DNA of 64,000 nucleotides from Bacteroidota bacterium (GCA_031402435.1 JANNSJ010000058.1:65588-129587), one strand, 5' to 3'; shown: positions 1 through 10,057, counted from the first letter of the stretch. Notes: generated by a model from the letters alone, not told the origin. Made by a program: numbers and translations.

Positions 1-219
1 GAGGAAATCGAACGCCGGAAGAAAAAGGCGGGCATGTCGTTCGACAGGATGGAGAGCTCGGGGAAGGAATTCTATGAGCATGTGCGACATGGCTATCGTG
101 AGATTGTCCGGAGCGAGTCGCAGCGTTGTGTCACGATCAACGGGATGCTCACCGTAGAGGAGATTGCACGGGACATCTGGCAGCATGTAGAAAAGAAGTT
201 GACAGTCGTACATCAATAA
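1..219 (+). CDS. tmk: Thymidylate kinase, C-terminal fragment (gene starts upstream of the window)
   Basis: Open frame from base 1. The C-terminal sequence GKEFYEHVRHGYREI...VEEIARDIW matches the Tmk C-terminal region (FHERVR.GY motif). Confidence 0.6.
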   Translation, partial: EEIERRKKKAGMSFDRMESSGKEFYEHVRHGYREIVRSESQRCVTINGMLTVEEIARDIWQHVEKKLTVVHQ

Positions 220-236
220 TCCGAGGGAGAAGATAG

Positions 237-1907
237 ATGAAGCGCATACTGGGGAATAGGGTTGTGCGAAACGTTTTCTTGATGAGCATCGGCGCCATCC
301 TGTTCGTTGTGGTTGTCGGCTTTGTCGGTCCGACGGACAGTGAGTACTTCCTGAAGATCAACAAGGGCATTGATGTCTTCGGGCGGGTGTACAAGGAAAT
401 CACGATGAACTATGTTGACGAAGTCGATCCCGAAAAATTCATGGAGGCCGGCATCGATGGAATGCTGGGCTCGCTTGATCCGTACACAGTCTACATCGAC
501 AAGGAGAATGGCGATGAAGTAGAGTTGCTGACGACGGGAAAGTATGGCGGCATCGGCGTTACAATCGGTCAGCGGGATGGCGCAATCCAGGTCATCACTG
601 TGATGGATGGATACTCCGCGCAACGACAGGGCATTCTCCCGGGCGATAAGATCCTCGATGTGGATGGCCTCAAAATTTCCAGCAAGAAACCGGATGAAGT
701 CAGGGCGTTGACACGGGGCGAGCCCGGAACGGAGACACGCGTGACAATAGAACGGGAGGGGGAGAAGGCGCCTCTCACGTTCACGCTTATCCGCGAAGAG
801 ATCCAGCTGAAGAATGTAACATATTCGGACCTCTCGCCGCAGGGCATTGGCTACGTACGTCTCGAACGCTTCTCACGTGCAGCATCGGATGAAGTGCGCC
901 AGGCAATTCAAGCAATGAAACTGAAGGGTGAAGTAAAAGGAATGATTCTTGACTTGCGCGGCAATCCCGGTGGCTTGCTGGAATCTGCCGTTGGCATCGT
1001 CAGCAAATTTGTTCCGCGCGGCAGTCTGATTGTTACAACCAAAGGGCGACGGAACGAAGCAGAGCGACAGTATAATTCTCTTGAAGAGCCCCTGCTTCCC
1101 GCGACGCCACTTGTTGTTCTCACCGACCGGAACAGTGCAAGCGCAAGTGAAATTGTTGCGGGTGCATTGCAGGATCTGGATCGAGCGTTGATTGTTGGCA
1201 CACGCAGCTTCGGCAAGGGCCTCGTCCAGACGGTCGTCCCGCTTCCGTATGACTCGCAATTGAAAATCACCACGGCGCGCTACTACACGGCCAGCGGACG
1301 CAGCATTCAGGAAATCGACTACATGCACAAAGACCGAAACGGTGTATTCGCGACTGTTCCCGACAGCCTGAAGCGCATGTACAAGACTGCCAACGGAAGA
1401 AAGGTGTATGAATACGGCGGCATCACCCCGGACTCGACCGTGAAGGAAGATGAGTTCGGTCCAATGATCAAGGAACTGTATCGCCGGTCGATGTTCTTCA
1501 AGTTTGCGAACAGCCACATGGCCGATCACAAGAGCCAGGCATACAACGGCATGACGGATGCAATCCTTTCATCCTTCAAGAAGTATCTGGATGATCAGAA
1601 GTTTGATTACCAGGAGGAAGCAGACGGCAAGGTGAAAGAGATAAAAACGATTGCAGAACGCGCGCATTACAGCAAGGAAGTGCTCGACGATCTCGACCTT
1701 CTCAAGACAGCGATGGAGAAAGAGAAGTCCCGCGGTTTTGACCGGTACAGAGACCACATTGTGCACGAACTGGATATCGAATTCATGGCGAGGGTAAAGG
1801 GCGAGCAGGGAAGAATTGCAGCGTCATTGAAAGGTGATACACAGTTTGACACGGCTGTTGCTCTCTTGAAGGATCAACGTCAACTTGCCCGCAAGCTGAA
1901 AGGATAG
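237..1907 (+). CDS. C-terminal processing (tail-specific) peptidase, S41 family, with PDZ domain
   Basis: 556 aa with an N-terminal TM/signal segment and a PDZ-like region. S41 catalytic motif LDLRGNPGGLL and downstream SASASEIVAGALQD, followed by the conserved K. Confidence 0.85.
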   Translation: MKRILGNRVVRNVFLMSIGAILFVVVVGFVGPTDSEYFLKINKGIDVFGRVYKEITMNYVDEVDPEKFMEAGIDGMLGSLDPYTVYIDKENGDEVELLTTGKYGGIGVTIGQRDGAIQVITVMDGYSAQRQGILPGDKILDVDGLKISSKKPDEVRALTRGEPGTETRVTIEREGEKAPLTFTLIREEIQLKNVTYSDLSPQGIGYVRLERFSRAASDEVRQAIQAMKLKGEVKGMILDLRGNPGGLLESAVGIVSKFVPRGSLIVTTKGRRNEAERQYNSLEEPLLPATPLVVLTDRNSASASEIVAGALQDLDRALIVGTRSFGKGLVQTVVPLPYDSQLKITTARYYTASGRSIQEIDYMHKDRNGVFATVPDSLKRMYKTANGRKVYEYGGITPDSTVKEDEFGPMIKELYRRSMFFKFANSHMADHKSQAYNGMTDAILSSFKKYLDDQKFDYQEEADGKVKEIKTIAERAHYSKEVLDDLDLLKTAMEKEKSRGFDRYRDHIVHELDIEFMARVKGEQGRIAASLKGDTQFDTAVALLKDQRQLARKLKG

Positions 1908-1936
1908 CACGATCTCCATTACTTTCAAGAAAGCGC

Positions 1937-2743
1937 ATGCTTGACCCACTGAGCATCCTCCTCTTATTGCTTGCCGGTGGGCTGGCAGGTTTTCTCGCCG
2001 GATTTTTCGGCGTCGGGGGAGGAATTATCCTCGTGCCGATGTTGCTCATTTTCTTCAAGAGCATCGACGTTTCCTCTCTCGTTTCCACGCACCTCGCATT
2101 TGGCACAAGTCTGTTGATTGTCATCTTCGCTTCGCTCACGTCGGCGTATCAGTACACAAAGAACGGCCATGTTGTTTGGAGGGCGGTCATATTCATCGGC
2201 ATTGCGAGCGTTGTGGGCGCGACCATTGGAAGCAATATCGCCGGAGAGCTTCAGGGAAAGACACTTCAGAAGATCTTCGCTGCAGTTGTGATCATTGCCG
2301 CGATCAGGTTACTCTCCGAAGGACAAAAGCCGAAGGAAGAACCAAAACCCAACCTGGCTCCACCCGGACTTGCGGGAACCGGTCTTGTTGTCGGACTCGT
2401 GTCTTCACTCGCCGGCGTTGGCGGCGGCGTCTTTGCCATTCCGATGATGTACAACTTCCTGAAGTTCCCACTGAAGAAGGCTCTTGGCACGTCAAGCGCA
2501 ACAATTGTGATTACGGCTCTGGCATCGTCGATCGGATATGTCGTGAAGGGTTGGGACAACACACTACTGCCGGCGTACACGCTCGGATTTGTTGATTACT
2601 TCCATTCAATTCCAATCATCATCGGCACATTACCGGCAGCAAGATTCGGTGCCATCGTTGCCAACAAAACCCACGTGGACAAACTCAGGAAGTACTATGG
2701 GGTGTTCCTGATAGTGATTGCGGCAAAGATGTTTTTCTTCTGA
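1937..2743 (+). CDS. TauE/SafE (DUF81) family anion exporter, membrane protein
   Basis: 268 aa and highly hydrophobic. Duplicated GVGGGxxxVP motifs (FGVGGGIILVPML and AGVGGGVFAIPMM) are typical of the TauE/SafE family. Confidence 0.75.
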   Translation: MLDPLSILLLLLAGGLAGFLAGFFGVGGGIILVPMLLIFFKSIDVSSLVSTHLAFGTSLLIVIFASLTSAYQYTKNGHVVWRAVIFIGIASVVGATIGSNIAGELQGKTLQKIFAAVVIIAAIRLLSEGQKPKEEPKPNLAPPGLAGTGLVVGLVSSLAGVGGGVFAIPMMYNFLKFPLKKALGTSSATIVITALASSIGYVVKGWDNTLLPAYTLGFVDYFHSIPIIIGTLPAARFGAIVANKTHVDKLRKYYGVFLIVIAAKMFFF

Positions 2744-2759
2744 CTCCTCTTCACCGGAC

Positions 2760-3515
2760 ATGAAACTTCAACTTACACGTGCACTTGTTTTCTTCGATCT
2801 TGAAACCACCGGCACGGATATCGTTCGCGATCGGGTCATTCAGATCGCTGTTCTTAAACTGCATCCCGACAGTTCAGAAGAAACCCGTACGCGGCTTATC
2901 AACCCAGAATGCCCAATCCCGCCCGATGCCATCGCAATCCACGGCATCTCAGATGCTGACGTCAGTAGTCAACCGCCGTTTAGAACGATTGCCTCGTCTC
3001 TCTTCCAATTTTTCTCAGGATGCGACATTGCCGGGTTCAATTCCAACCGGTTTGACCTGCCGTTGCTTGTTGAAGAGTTTGCCCGATGCGGAATCCAGTT
3101 CCCCGAAACCGGTTGCAAGCTCATCGACGTTCAAACCATCTTCCACAAGAAGGAGGAACGAACACTCTCGGCAGCATACAAGTTCTATTGCGACAAGATG
3201 CACAACAACGCCCATGATGCAGAAGGTGATGTTCGCGTGACACTCGAAGTCTTCAAACGTCAACTTGAACGGTACGGTGACATCGGTACGACGGTGGATG
3301 AACTGCACAACTTTTGCAATCCACTTGCCGTGGTTGATTTCGCCCGCTATCTGAGCAGAAACGGGAATGATGAGGTAACATTCAACTTTGGAAAGCACAA
3401 AGGAAAGCCGATTCTCCAGGAGATCGACTATGCCCGCTGGATGCTTGAAGGTGAATTCCCCGAGGCAACGAAAATGATATTGCGCGGGCTTCTTGATGGT
3501 ATTGGCGGGTCATGA
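2760..3515 (+). CDS. DnaQ-like 3'-5' exonuclease (DEDD family, DNA polymerase III epsilon-like)
   Basis: Exo I motif FFDLETTG, Exo II HGISDADV, Exo III HNNAHDAEGD. The start was moved to the ATG at 2760 (MKLQL...), just downstream of the TauE stop. Confidence 0.7.
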   Translation: MKLQLTRALVFFDLETTGTDIVRDRVIQIAVLKLHPDSSEETRTRLINPECPIPPDAIAIHGISDADVSSQPPFRTIASSLFQFFSGCDIAGFNSNRFDLPLLVEEFARCGIQFPETGCKLIDVQTIFHKKEERTLSAAYKFYCDKMHNNAHDAEGDVRVTLEVFKRQLERYGDIGTTVDELHNFCNPLAVVDFARYLSRNGNDEVTFNFGKHKGKPILQEIDYARWMLEGEFPEATKMILRGLLDGIGGS

Positions 3516-5809
3516 GGAAACCGCTTCATCGCCGGGAGCGATGGTTCCTTATCGTGTTGCTTGTGTTCTCCGTCTGCCTGCGTGTAGTGTTTCTGCTTCA
3601 GGTACACGACAATCCCTTCTTCAACAATCCCACATCTGACGCATACTACTACGATGCACAGGCGCAATCGATTGCTGCGGGTGATGTTCTTGGCAGGGAT
3701 GTCTTCTTCCGCGCGCCGGGGTATCCCTACTGGCTCGGACTCATCTATGCTGCTTTCGGACACAGCTATCTGGCAGTTCACGTTATTCAACATTTGCTTG
3801 GTGTAGTTGCGACCCTTCTGCTCTACTTGCTTGCGCGCCGATTATTCAATCCAACAGTCGCAGGTGCCGCTGGCGTGCTTATGGCGTTCTACCCCGTGTT
3901 GATGTATTTCGAAGGCCAGTTGCTCTTCGATTGGTTCCTGACGTTCCTGTGTCTGTCGTGGTGTCTACTGCTGTATCACGCCAGAGACAGCTCGACGCTA
4001 TGGCGCTGGTTTTTTGTAGGTCTTCTCTATGGAGTCATCTGTGTTACTCGCCCGACGTTTCTGCCGCTTGCTATTCCGCTATTTGGGTATGAGATCTGGA
4101 GATGTTTCAAGGTAGATGGTAAGGGGAAAGCGTTGCGCCTTGGCGGTGTACTGATAGCTGGCATTGCTCTCGCCATTCTTCCGGTAACAATTCGCAACTA
4201 TGTTGTGGCAAACGACGCAGTGCTCATAGCATCGCAGGGGGGCATCAACTTCTATATCGGGAACAATGTTGATGCGGATGGATACACTGCGCGAATCCCC
4301 ACCGATGCCGGAGCAAGTTGGGAAATTGCCGAGATGTCATTGTACGTTGAGAAGATGGTCGGACATCGTCAGACTCCTTCCGAGGAATCAAACTTCTGGT
4401 ATGCAAAAGGGATGGAGTTCATCTACCACCATCCGGTACATTTCGGAACGCTTCTCATCAAAAAATTCTACCTCTTCTGGAATGCGATGGAGATTCCGAA
4501 CAACCTGAACTTCTACACCTTCTCGCAATACTCGTGGCTTCTTCGTCTATTGCCGGTGGGGTTCTGGTGTGTCGGTCCGCTTGGAGCACTCGGGATGATT
4601 GTTGCGTGGAAGGCCCGTCGCGGGCGCACCATGATTGCGTTCATACTGATGTATTGCGCGGTAATGATAATGTTCTTCGTGTGCGACAGGTATCGGCTTC
4701 CCGTTGTGCCGTTGCTCTGTGCCTTCGCCGGCTACGCATTGGTTGTTTTCTTTGACTGGATGGTACAAAGGGAATATCGACCGATGCTGATTTCTGCAAC
4801 GGTGTTGGTCTTGCTTGCTTTGTTCGTCAACAGCAACGCATATCAATTGGAACGGGAGGAGCCCGTCCATCAATTCTACATGCTCGGCCTCATCGAGATG
4901 AAACATGAGAACTACGCCGCAGCACTCTCACATTTTGAGCAGGCGTCTCGCTACGGCAAACCGATTCGCAATCTGTATCTGCACCTGGGGTTTAGTGAGT
5001 TAATGCTCGGAAAGAAACAGCAAGCACAGGAGAGTTTTCATAAGGAGCTCTCGTATCATCCTGATTCATATGGGGCTCTGGCGAATCTTTCATCTCTTTA
5101 CCTCGGTGAACGGTTGCTTGATTCGGCGATTGTGTATGGCAGCAAGGCGATTGTTGTGAGGCCGTTCATGCCTGCCGCGTATATTTCTGTCGGCCAGTCA
5201 TACTATTTGCGTCACAGCCTGGAACAAGCCGAGTCGGTTTTCGCCATAGGCTCAGCGAAGTGCGGCAACGCGTTCCTCTATGGCAACTATCTGCTTGGAG
5301 GCATTCACCTCGAACGCGGAAATGCAGCGCGTGCAGAAGAGTTCTACCGTTCGATTGTGCAGTCTGCTCAACAAAACAGCGGGGCTTCATATGAGGCGGA
5401 GTTCCTGATGCCTGAGGAAAAGAGAACGGGGATTGATCCGCTCATGTTGCGAGCAAAGGCACTCTACGGACTCGGGCACGTTTTTGCAGCACGGAAACAG
5501 GTTGACAGTGCGGCAGCATATTTTCACATGGCGACTCAACTTTTCCCCGCTCTTGCCGATGCATGGGCAGACCTCGGTGTCGCGTTCCTTCAGTTGCGCC
5601 GGTTTGCCGATGCAGATTCTGCAATGCAGAGGGCATTGAAGCTGCAACCCGAGAATTTCATGTATTGGTACAATTACGGCTCAATGCTCGGCGCAACGCG
5701 AAGACTGACCGAAGCGAGAGAGGCATTCAGCAAAGCACTTGCGCTACAACCAGATTTTGCACCGGCGCAGCGTGATCTCGACTTTGTCAACCTGGCTCTG
5801 GGGAAGTAG
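3512..5809 (+). CDS. GT39/PMT_2 (ArnT/protein-mannosyltransferase-like) membrane glycosyltransferase fused to C-terminal TPR repeats
   Basis: 765 aa. About 430 aa of multi-TM N-terminal domain with a DAYYYD motif in the first loop. The C-terminal approx 300 aa has TPR-like repeats (YGKPIRNLYLHLG, AWADLGVAF, YWYNYGSML). There is a 4-bp start/stop overlap with the upstream exonuclease. Confidence 0.6.
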   Translation: MRKPLHRRERWFLIVLLVFSVCLRVVFLLQVHDNPFFNNPTSDAYYYDAQAQSIAAGDVLGRDVFFRAPGYPYWLGLIYAAFGHSYLAVHVIQHLLGVVATLLLYLLARRLFNPTVAGAAGVLMAFYPVLMYFEGQLLFDWFLTFLCLSWCLLLYHARDSSTLWRWFFVGLLYGVICVTRPTFLPLAIPLFGYEIWRCFKVDGKGKALRLGGVLIAGIALAILPVTIRNYVVANDAVLIASQGGINFYIGNNVDADGYTARIPTDAGASWEIAEMSLYVEKMVGHRQTPSEESNFWYAKGMEFIYHHPVHFGTLLIKKFYLFWNAMEIPNNLNFYTFSQYSWLLRLLPVGFWCVGPLGALGMIVAWKARRGRTMIAFILMYCAVMIMFFVCDRYRLPVVPLLCAFAGYALVVFFDWMVQREYRPMLISATVLVLLALFVNSNAYQLEREEPVHQFYMLGLIEMKHENYAAALSHFEQASRYGKPIRNLYLHLGFSELMLGKKQQAQESFHKELSYHPDSYGALANLSSLYLGERLLDSAIVYGSKAIVVRPFMPAAYISVGQSYYLRHSLEQAESVFAIGSAKCGNAFLYGNYLLGGIHLERGNAARAEEFYRSIVQSAQQNSGASYEAEFLMPEEKRTGIDPLMLRAKALYGLGHVFAARKQVDSAAAYFHMATQLFPALADAWADLGVAFLQLRRFADADSAMQRALKLQPENFMYWYNYGSMLGATRRLTEAREAFSKALALQPDFAPAQRDLDFVNLALGK

Positions 5810-5903
5810 CTCCGCGTCTTGCAGATGCTACTCCTTATCCGTATGTTTGAGATACTATCTCCCTGGCACTCAGATCGTTACATCCATTCACACGTGAGGT
5901 TTT

Positions 5904-8654
5904 ATGAGAAGAGCTCTCGCTCTCGTCTGCGCTGTTACAGTTGTTGCGGCGCTCTATATTTCCTGGTTTTTCGATCAACGTTTGATTGACGTTCAGGAAC
6001 GGCACATGCAGCCGGCTTCGACCGGCACGGAAGATAATCCTGATGCCCGCGCTGAGATGGAGTTCTTGGTCCAGAGGGATCCGCTATCGAATACCATTCC
6101 GCGCGATATCTACCAGGCAGAGCAACGGTTTGCCAGGAAACTTCCAGAGCGGGAGGCATTGGCACTCGCAAAGAATCGTGCGGATGCATCACAGGTCCAG
6201 GCGCTTACGTGGGTTGAACGAGGACCCAACAACGTCGGCGGACGAACCCGCGTTCTTGCAGCCGATGCTGCAAATGTTGGAACGCTCATCGCCGGAAGTG
6301 TTGCCGGCGGGATTTGGAAAACCACCGATGACGGTGCTTCGTGGCGACTGACCATTGCGCCAGGGCAGATTCACTCCACGAGTTGTATCGCTCAAGACAA
6401 GCGCCCGGGTATGACTCACATATGGTACGTTGGTACGGGAGAGTTTCGCGGATCGACAACCAACAACACGCGCTGGGGATCATTCTTCCGTGGTGACGGA
6501 GTTTACAAATCCACCAACAATGGTGAATCCTGGGCTCTCCTTCCTTCTACGATGTCCGGGACTCCTCAAGCCACCGAAGCGTTTGATTTCGTCTGGAATA
6601 TTGCGACCAATCCCGCCGTACAGGATGAAGTGTATGCAGCGACATGGAACGGCATCTATCGTTCAACCAATGGCGGCTCTTCGTGGGCACTTGCACAACC
6701 TTCCGATTCAAGTCTTATTAATACATCCGGCTCTGCCACGGACGTTGCTGTCACGTCGACCGGTGTTGTGTACGCGAGAACAGAGAACGGTGGAGCGCAG
6801 AACATCTGGCGTTCGCCGGATGGTGTGAACTGGACGAACATCGCCCCTGCGAGTTTTCCTACGAGCGCAGGACGTATTGTCTTTGGGCTCGCTCCTTCCA
6901 ATCCGAATGTTGTGTACGTATTCATCGAAAGCGCAAATACGACTCCTGCAAGCTCAGGACATCAACTGTGGAAATACACGTATATCTCCGGTAACGGTTC
7001 CGGTACCGGCGGTACATGGGAGAACCGCGGTGGTAATTTGCCCGGTGGATTCAATTCGCAAACAGGATATGATCAGGTCGTCCATGTGAAACCCGATGAT
7101 GAAAACTTTGTGATTGTCGGAGGGACCGATCTCTATAGCTCCACCAACGGTTTTTCATCAACAGCGGGTACGTCAAACATTGGCGGGTACAATTACTGGC
7201 CAGGACAGAATCATCACCCCGATATCCATTCGGGTGCATTCAGGCCGGGAAGTCCCAACGTCTATTATTCGGGGCACGATGGCGGTATTTCGCGCGCCGA
7301 CGACATCCGGCTCACCTCAATGGTGTGGACAAGTTTGAATAACGGGTACAACGTAACGCAATTCTATTCTGTTGCCATCTCACCGGATAGTGGTGACAAT
7401 TACGTCCTGGCGGGTGCCCAGGATAACGGTTCGCAGGGAACCAACCTGGCCGGAATGTCTGCATGGGATATGGTCTCGAGTGGTGACGGGACAATCGTAG
7501 AGCTTCCACCCGTTGATCATGATCGCCTGTACACACAATCGCAAAGTGGCCCGTTGTACAGGCAAACGAGAGGCGGTTTGGATTTCTTTTCGATGAACCC
7601 CTCTGGTGCAACGAGACAATTGTTTGTCAATCCAATTACGCTTGATCCGAATAATCCACGATTGATGTACTATGGTGCAGGAAAATCCAACGCCCCTACA
7701 ATGTACAGCGGGTTGTGGAGAAACAGCGATGCGCCAAACGGAACGAGCACCGTTGGCTGGACCGCGTTAACAGCAACCGATGTCGGCGCAATCACAGGAT
7801 GGGTGCGAGCAGTAAGTGTGATTGGCATATCGACGGCGAACAGTCCGAACCTTGTTTATTTTGGAACAACAGATGGCATTGTAAAACGTGTGGATAGTGC
7901 GAACACTGCTTCTCCAATCGTTACCGACGTGACGCCACCAGGATTGAACGGTGGAACTGCAACAGGTGGTTTTGTACGCTGCGTTGCAGTTGATCCAACG
8001 AACTCAGGCAAAGCGCTTGTTGTGTTTGGCAATTACAACTTCCAGAGCCTGTGGTATACAACAAACGGTGGCGCCACCTGGACGGATGTCGAAGGCAATC
8101 TGTCGGGACCGGATGGTCCATCAACCCGCTGGGCAACCATCTTTTACATTGGCAATCAGTTGAATGTGTTTCTTGGAACAAGCATCGGAGTTCTCTCAAC
8201 AGACGCATTCAACGGCTCGTCTACTGTATGGGCACAGGCCGCCGCGAATGAAATCGGCAACGTGTTGATAGGCTACATGGACTATCGTCCTTCAGACAGA
8301 ACGCTCGCAATCGGGACTCACTCCCGCGGTGCGTTCACAACGCAGATTCCTTCAACACCGACCGATCTGAAGAACAATTCAGATTTGCCGGAACGTTACG
8401 CTCTGGCACAAAACTATCCGAACCCGTTCAACCCGACAACAGCTATCAGCTATCAGTTGACAGCCAGTGGCTTGGTGTCGCTCAAAGTCTTTGATCTTAC
8501 CGGCAAAGAGGTTGCAACGCTTGTAAACGAGCGGAAGGAGGCCGGGGTGTACACAGTGCAGTTCGATGCACGCAGGCTTCCGAGTAGCACATATTTTTAT
8601 ACGTTAAGATCCGGTGGCTTCGTTGACACCAAAAAGATGTTGTTAATCAAGTAG
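5904..8654 (+). CDS. Secreted BNR/Asp-box repeat protein (sialidase/glycosidase-like beta-propeller) with T9SS C-terminal sorting domain
   Basis: 916 aa with a signal peptide. Repeated SxDxGxTW-type boxes (TTDDGASWRL, STNNGESWAL, STNGGSSWAL, SPDGVNWTNI, TTNGGATWTD). The C-terminus NYPNPFNPTTAISYQL...LKVFDLTGKEVATLV is a typical Por/T9SS CTD. Confidence 0.6.
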   Translation: MRRALALVCAVTVVAALYISWFFDQRLIDVQERHMQPASTGTEDNPDARAEMEFLVQRDPLSNTIPRDIYQAEQRFARKLPEREALALAKNRADASQVQALTWVERGPNNVGGRTRVLAADAANVGTLIAGSVAGGIWKTTDDGASWRLTIAPGQIHSTSCIAQDKRPGMTHIWYVGTGEFRGSTTNNTRWGSFFRGDGVYKSTNNGESWALLPSTMSGTPQATEAFDFVWNIATNPAVQDEVYAATWNGIYRSTNGGSSWALAQPSDSSLINTSGSATDVAVTSTGVVYARTENGGAQNIWRSPDGVNWTNIAPASFPTSAGRIVFGLAPSNPNVVYVFIESANTTPASSGHQLWKYTYISGNGSGTGGTWENRGGNLPGGFNSQTGYDQVVHVKPDDENFVIVGGTDLYSSTNGFSSTAGTSNIGGYNYWPGQNHHPDIHSGAFRPGSPNVYYSGHDGGISRADDIRLTSMVWTSLNNGYNVTQFYSVAISPDSGDNYVLAGAQDNGSQGTNLAGMSAWDMVSSGDGTIVELPPVDHDRLYTQSQSGPLYRQTRGGLDFFSMNPSGATRQLFVNPITLDPNNPRLMYYGAGKSNAPTMYSGLWRNSDAPNGTSTVGWTALTATDVGAITGWVRAVSVIGISTANSPNLVYFGTTDGIVKRVDSANTASPIVTDVTPPGLNGGTATGGFVRCVAVDPTNSGKALVVFGNYNFQSLWYTTNGGATWTDVEGNLSGPDGPSTRWATIFYIGNQLNVFLGTSIGVLSTDAFNGSSTVWAQAAANEIGNVLIGYMDYRPSDRTLAIGTHSRGAFTTQIPSTPTDLKNNSDLPERYALAQNYPNPFNPTTAISYQLTASGLVSLKVFDLTGKEVATLVNERKEAGVYTVQFDARRLPSSTYFYTLRSGGFVDTKKMLLIK

Positions 8655-8673
8655 TACCACATCCCGGGTTCTT

Positions 8674-9156
8674 ATGAAGATTGTCGTGTTGTTCATTGTT
8701 CTTACTGCAGCCGTTCTTGCACAGGGTACATTCGCTGCCGAGCATCCAACCAGATTCGATCCAAAACGGGGTGCGGCGAAAGACGTCCTAAACGCGCTCG
8801 CCGAAGCAAAGGCAGACGGGAAACGTGTCCTGCTGGATGTAGGCGGTGAATGGTGCATCTGGTGCCGCAGGCTGGATACGCTGTTTGCCACGCATACCGA
8901 CCTTGACTCTTTCCTGCGGAAAAATTTTGTTCTCGTCAAAATCAATTACAGTAGAGAGAATGAGAACGAAGCATTTCTTTCTCGCTACCCCCAAATACCA
9001 GGCTACCCTCATTTCTTTGTCCTCGACAATGACGGGAGATTCCTCTGTTCGCAAGATACCGGAGAACTCGAATCGGGGAAGGGTCACGACCCTATGAAGG
9101 TACTGGCATTCCTTGAAAAATGGGCGCCTGACAGATCGAAAGCAGGAAGCAAGTGA
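8674..9156 (+). CDS. Secreted thioredoxin-fold protein (CxxC)
   Basis: 160 aa with a signal peptide. The GGEWCIWCRRLD motif contains a WCxxC redox motif. A conserved hydrophobic core is typical of the thioredoxin/TlpA-like fold. Confidence 0.5.
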   Translation: MKIVVLFIVLTAAVLAQGTFAAEHPTRFDPKRGAAKDVLNALAEAKADGKRVLLDVGGEWCIWCRRLDTLFATHTDLDSFLRKNFVLVKINYSRENENEAFLSRYPQIPGYPHFFVLDNDGRFLCSQDTGELESGKGHDPMKVLAFLEKWAPDRSKAGSK

Positions 9157-9181
9157 TCACAAGACCGTGTTTTATCCACGC

Positions 9182-10057
9182 ATGAATCCACTTCGCACCC
9201 TTCTAGCCGGCGCTATTGACTATGCCGGACTCTTCCCCCCCGCAACACTCGACATGGAAGCCGCAGTTCAGAACTATGATTTGTATCGAGCGGGAGAGTA
9301 CGCATGGGCGCTGGGTCGGTTCATCGTGCCGGTTGCACGGTTGAGTGAATTAGAGCAAGCACTGCTGGCAATACCTGCGAAAGAGGAACACCGATGGCTC
9401 ATCAGTGCATTGGCAGGCGCTGATCCCGATCGTGATGTCGCCACCATTTTTGGATTCAACAAACGTCAGCAAGCCATGATCGATACTGTTGAGATCAAGG
9501 CTTCAACAACTGATGACGTGAGGGCGGTTGCCCGATCCATACCTTCATTGTTGACGACATACGTCGAAGTCCCGGTTGATCGTGATCCTGCACCCTTGAT
9601 TGCCGCCATCCGAGCCTCGGGATTGCGGGCAAAGATCCGGACTGGCGGAGTTACACACGATGTGTTTCCATCGAGCAACGACCTTGCAAAATTTATTCAC
9701 ACGTGTGCAACTACAAGAACTCAGTTCAAGGCAACAGCGGGACTCCATCACCCGTTACGCGCCACGTATCGCCTCACATATCAACCAGACAGTCCAACCG
9801 GTATGATGTATGGCTTCCTGAATGTCTTCATTGCATCCAGCGTTGCACATGACGGCGGCACAATCCGCGATGTTGTCGCAGCCCTCGAAGAACAATCGGT
9901 GTCGGCGTTCCATCTCAAGGATGGCGAGATAGAATGGGGTAAGTATCGCATTGATATCACGAAGATTGCAGCGTTCAGGACCGAGCTTGCCATTTCATTC
10001 GGCTCCTGCTCGTTCACCGAACCAATAAATGATTTGAATTCTCTCAAATTCTTATGA
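9182..10057 (+). CDS. Hypothetical protein, no family recognised
   Basis: ORF of about 290 aa starting at the ATG at 9182 (MNPLRTLLAG...). Its stop overlaps the start of the fumarylacetoacetase gene (ATGA). No motif I could assign. Confidence 0.4.
   Translation: MNPLRTLLAGAIDYAGLFPPATLDMEAAVQNYDLYRAGEYAWALGRFIVPVARLSELEQALLAIPAKEEHRWLISALAGADPDRDVATIFGFNKRQQAMIDTVEIKASTTDDVRAVARSIPSLLTTYVEVPVDRDPAPLIAAIRASGLRAKIRTGGVTHDVFPSSNDLAKFIHTCATTRTQFKATAGLHHPLRATYRLTYQPDSPTGMMYGFLNVFIASSVAHDGGTIRDVVAALEEQSVSAFHLKDGEIEWGKYRIDITKIAAFRTELAISFGSCSFTEPINDLNSLKFL

Noticed and set aside
873-1529. 218-aa minus-strand ORF inside the S41 peptidase gene
   Set aside because: It is antisense to a confidently assigned CDS and has no motifs. 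This is a typical shadow ORF.
2176-2595. 139-aa Arg/Cys-rich ORF in an alternative plus frame inside the TauE/SafE gene
   Set aside because: It is an out-of-frame overlap with a hydrophobic membrane protein gene, and the composition is an artefact of frame shifting GC-rich codons.
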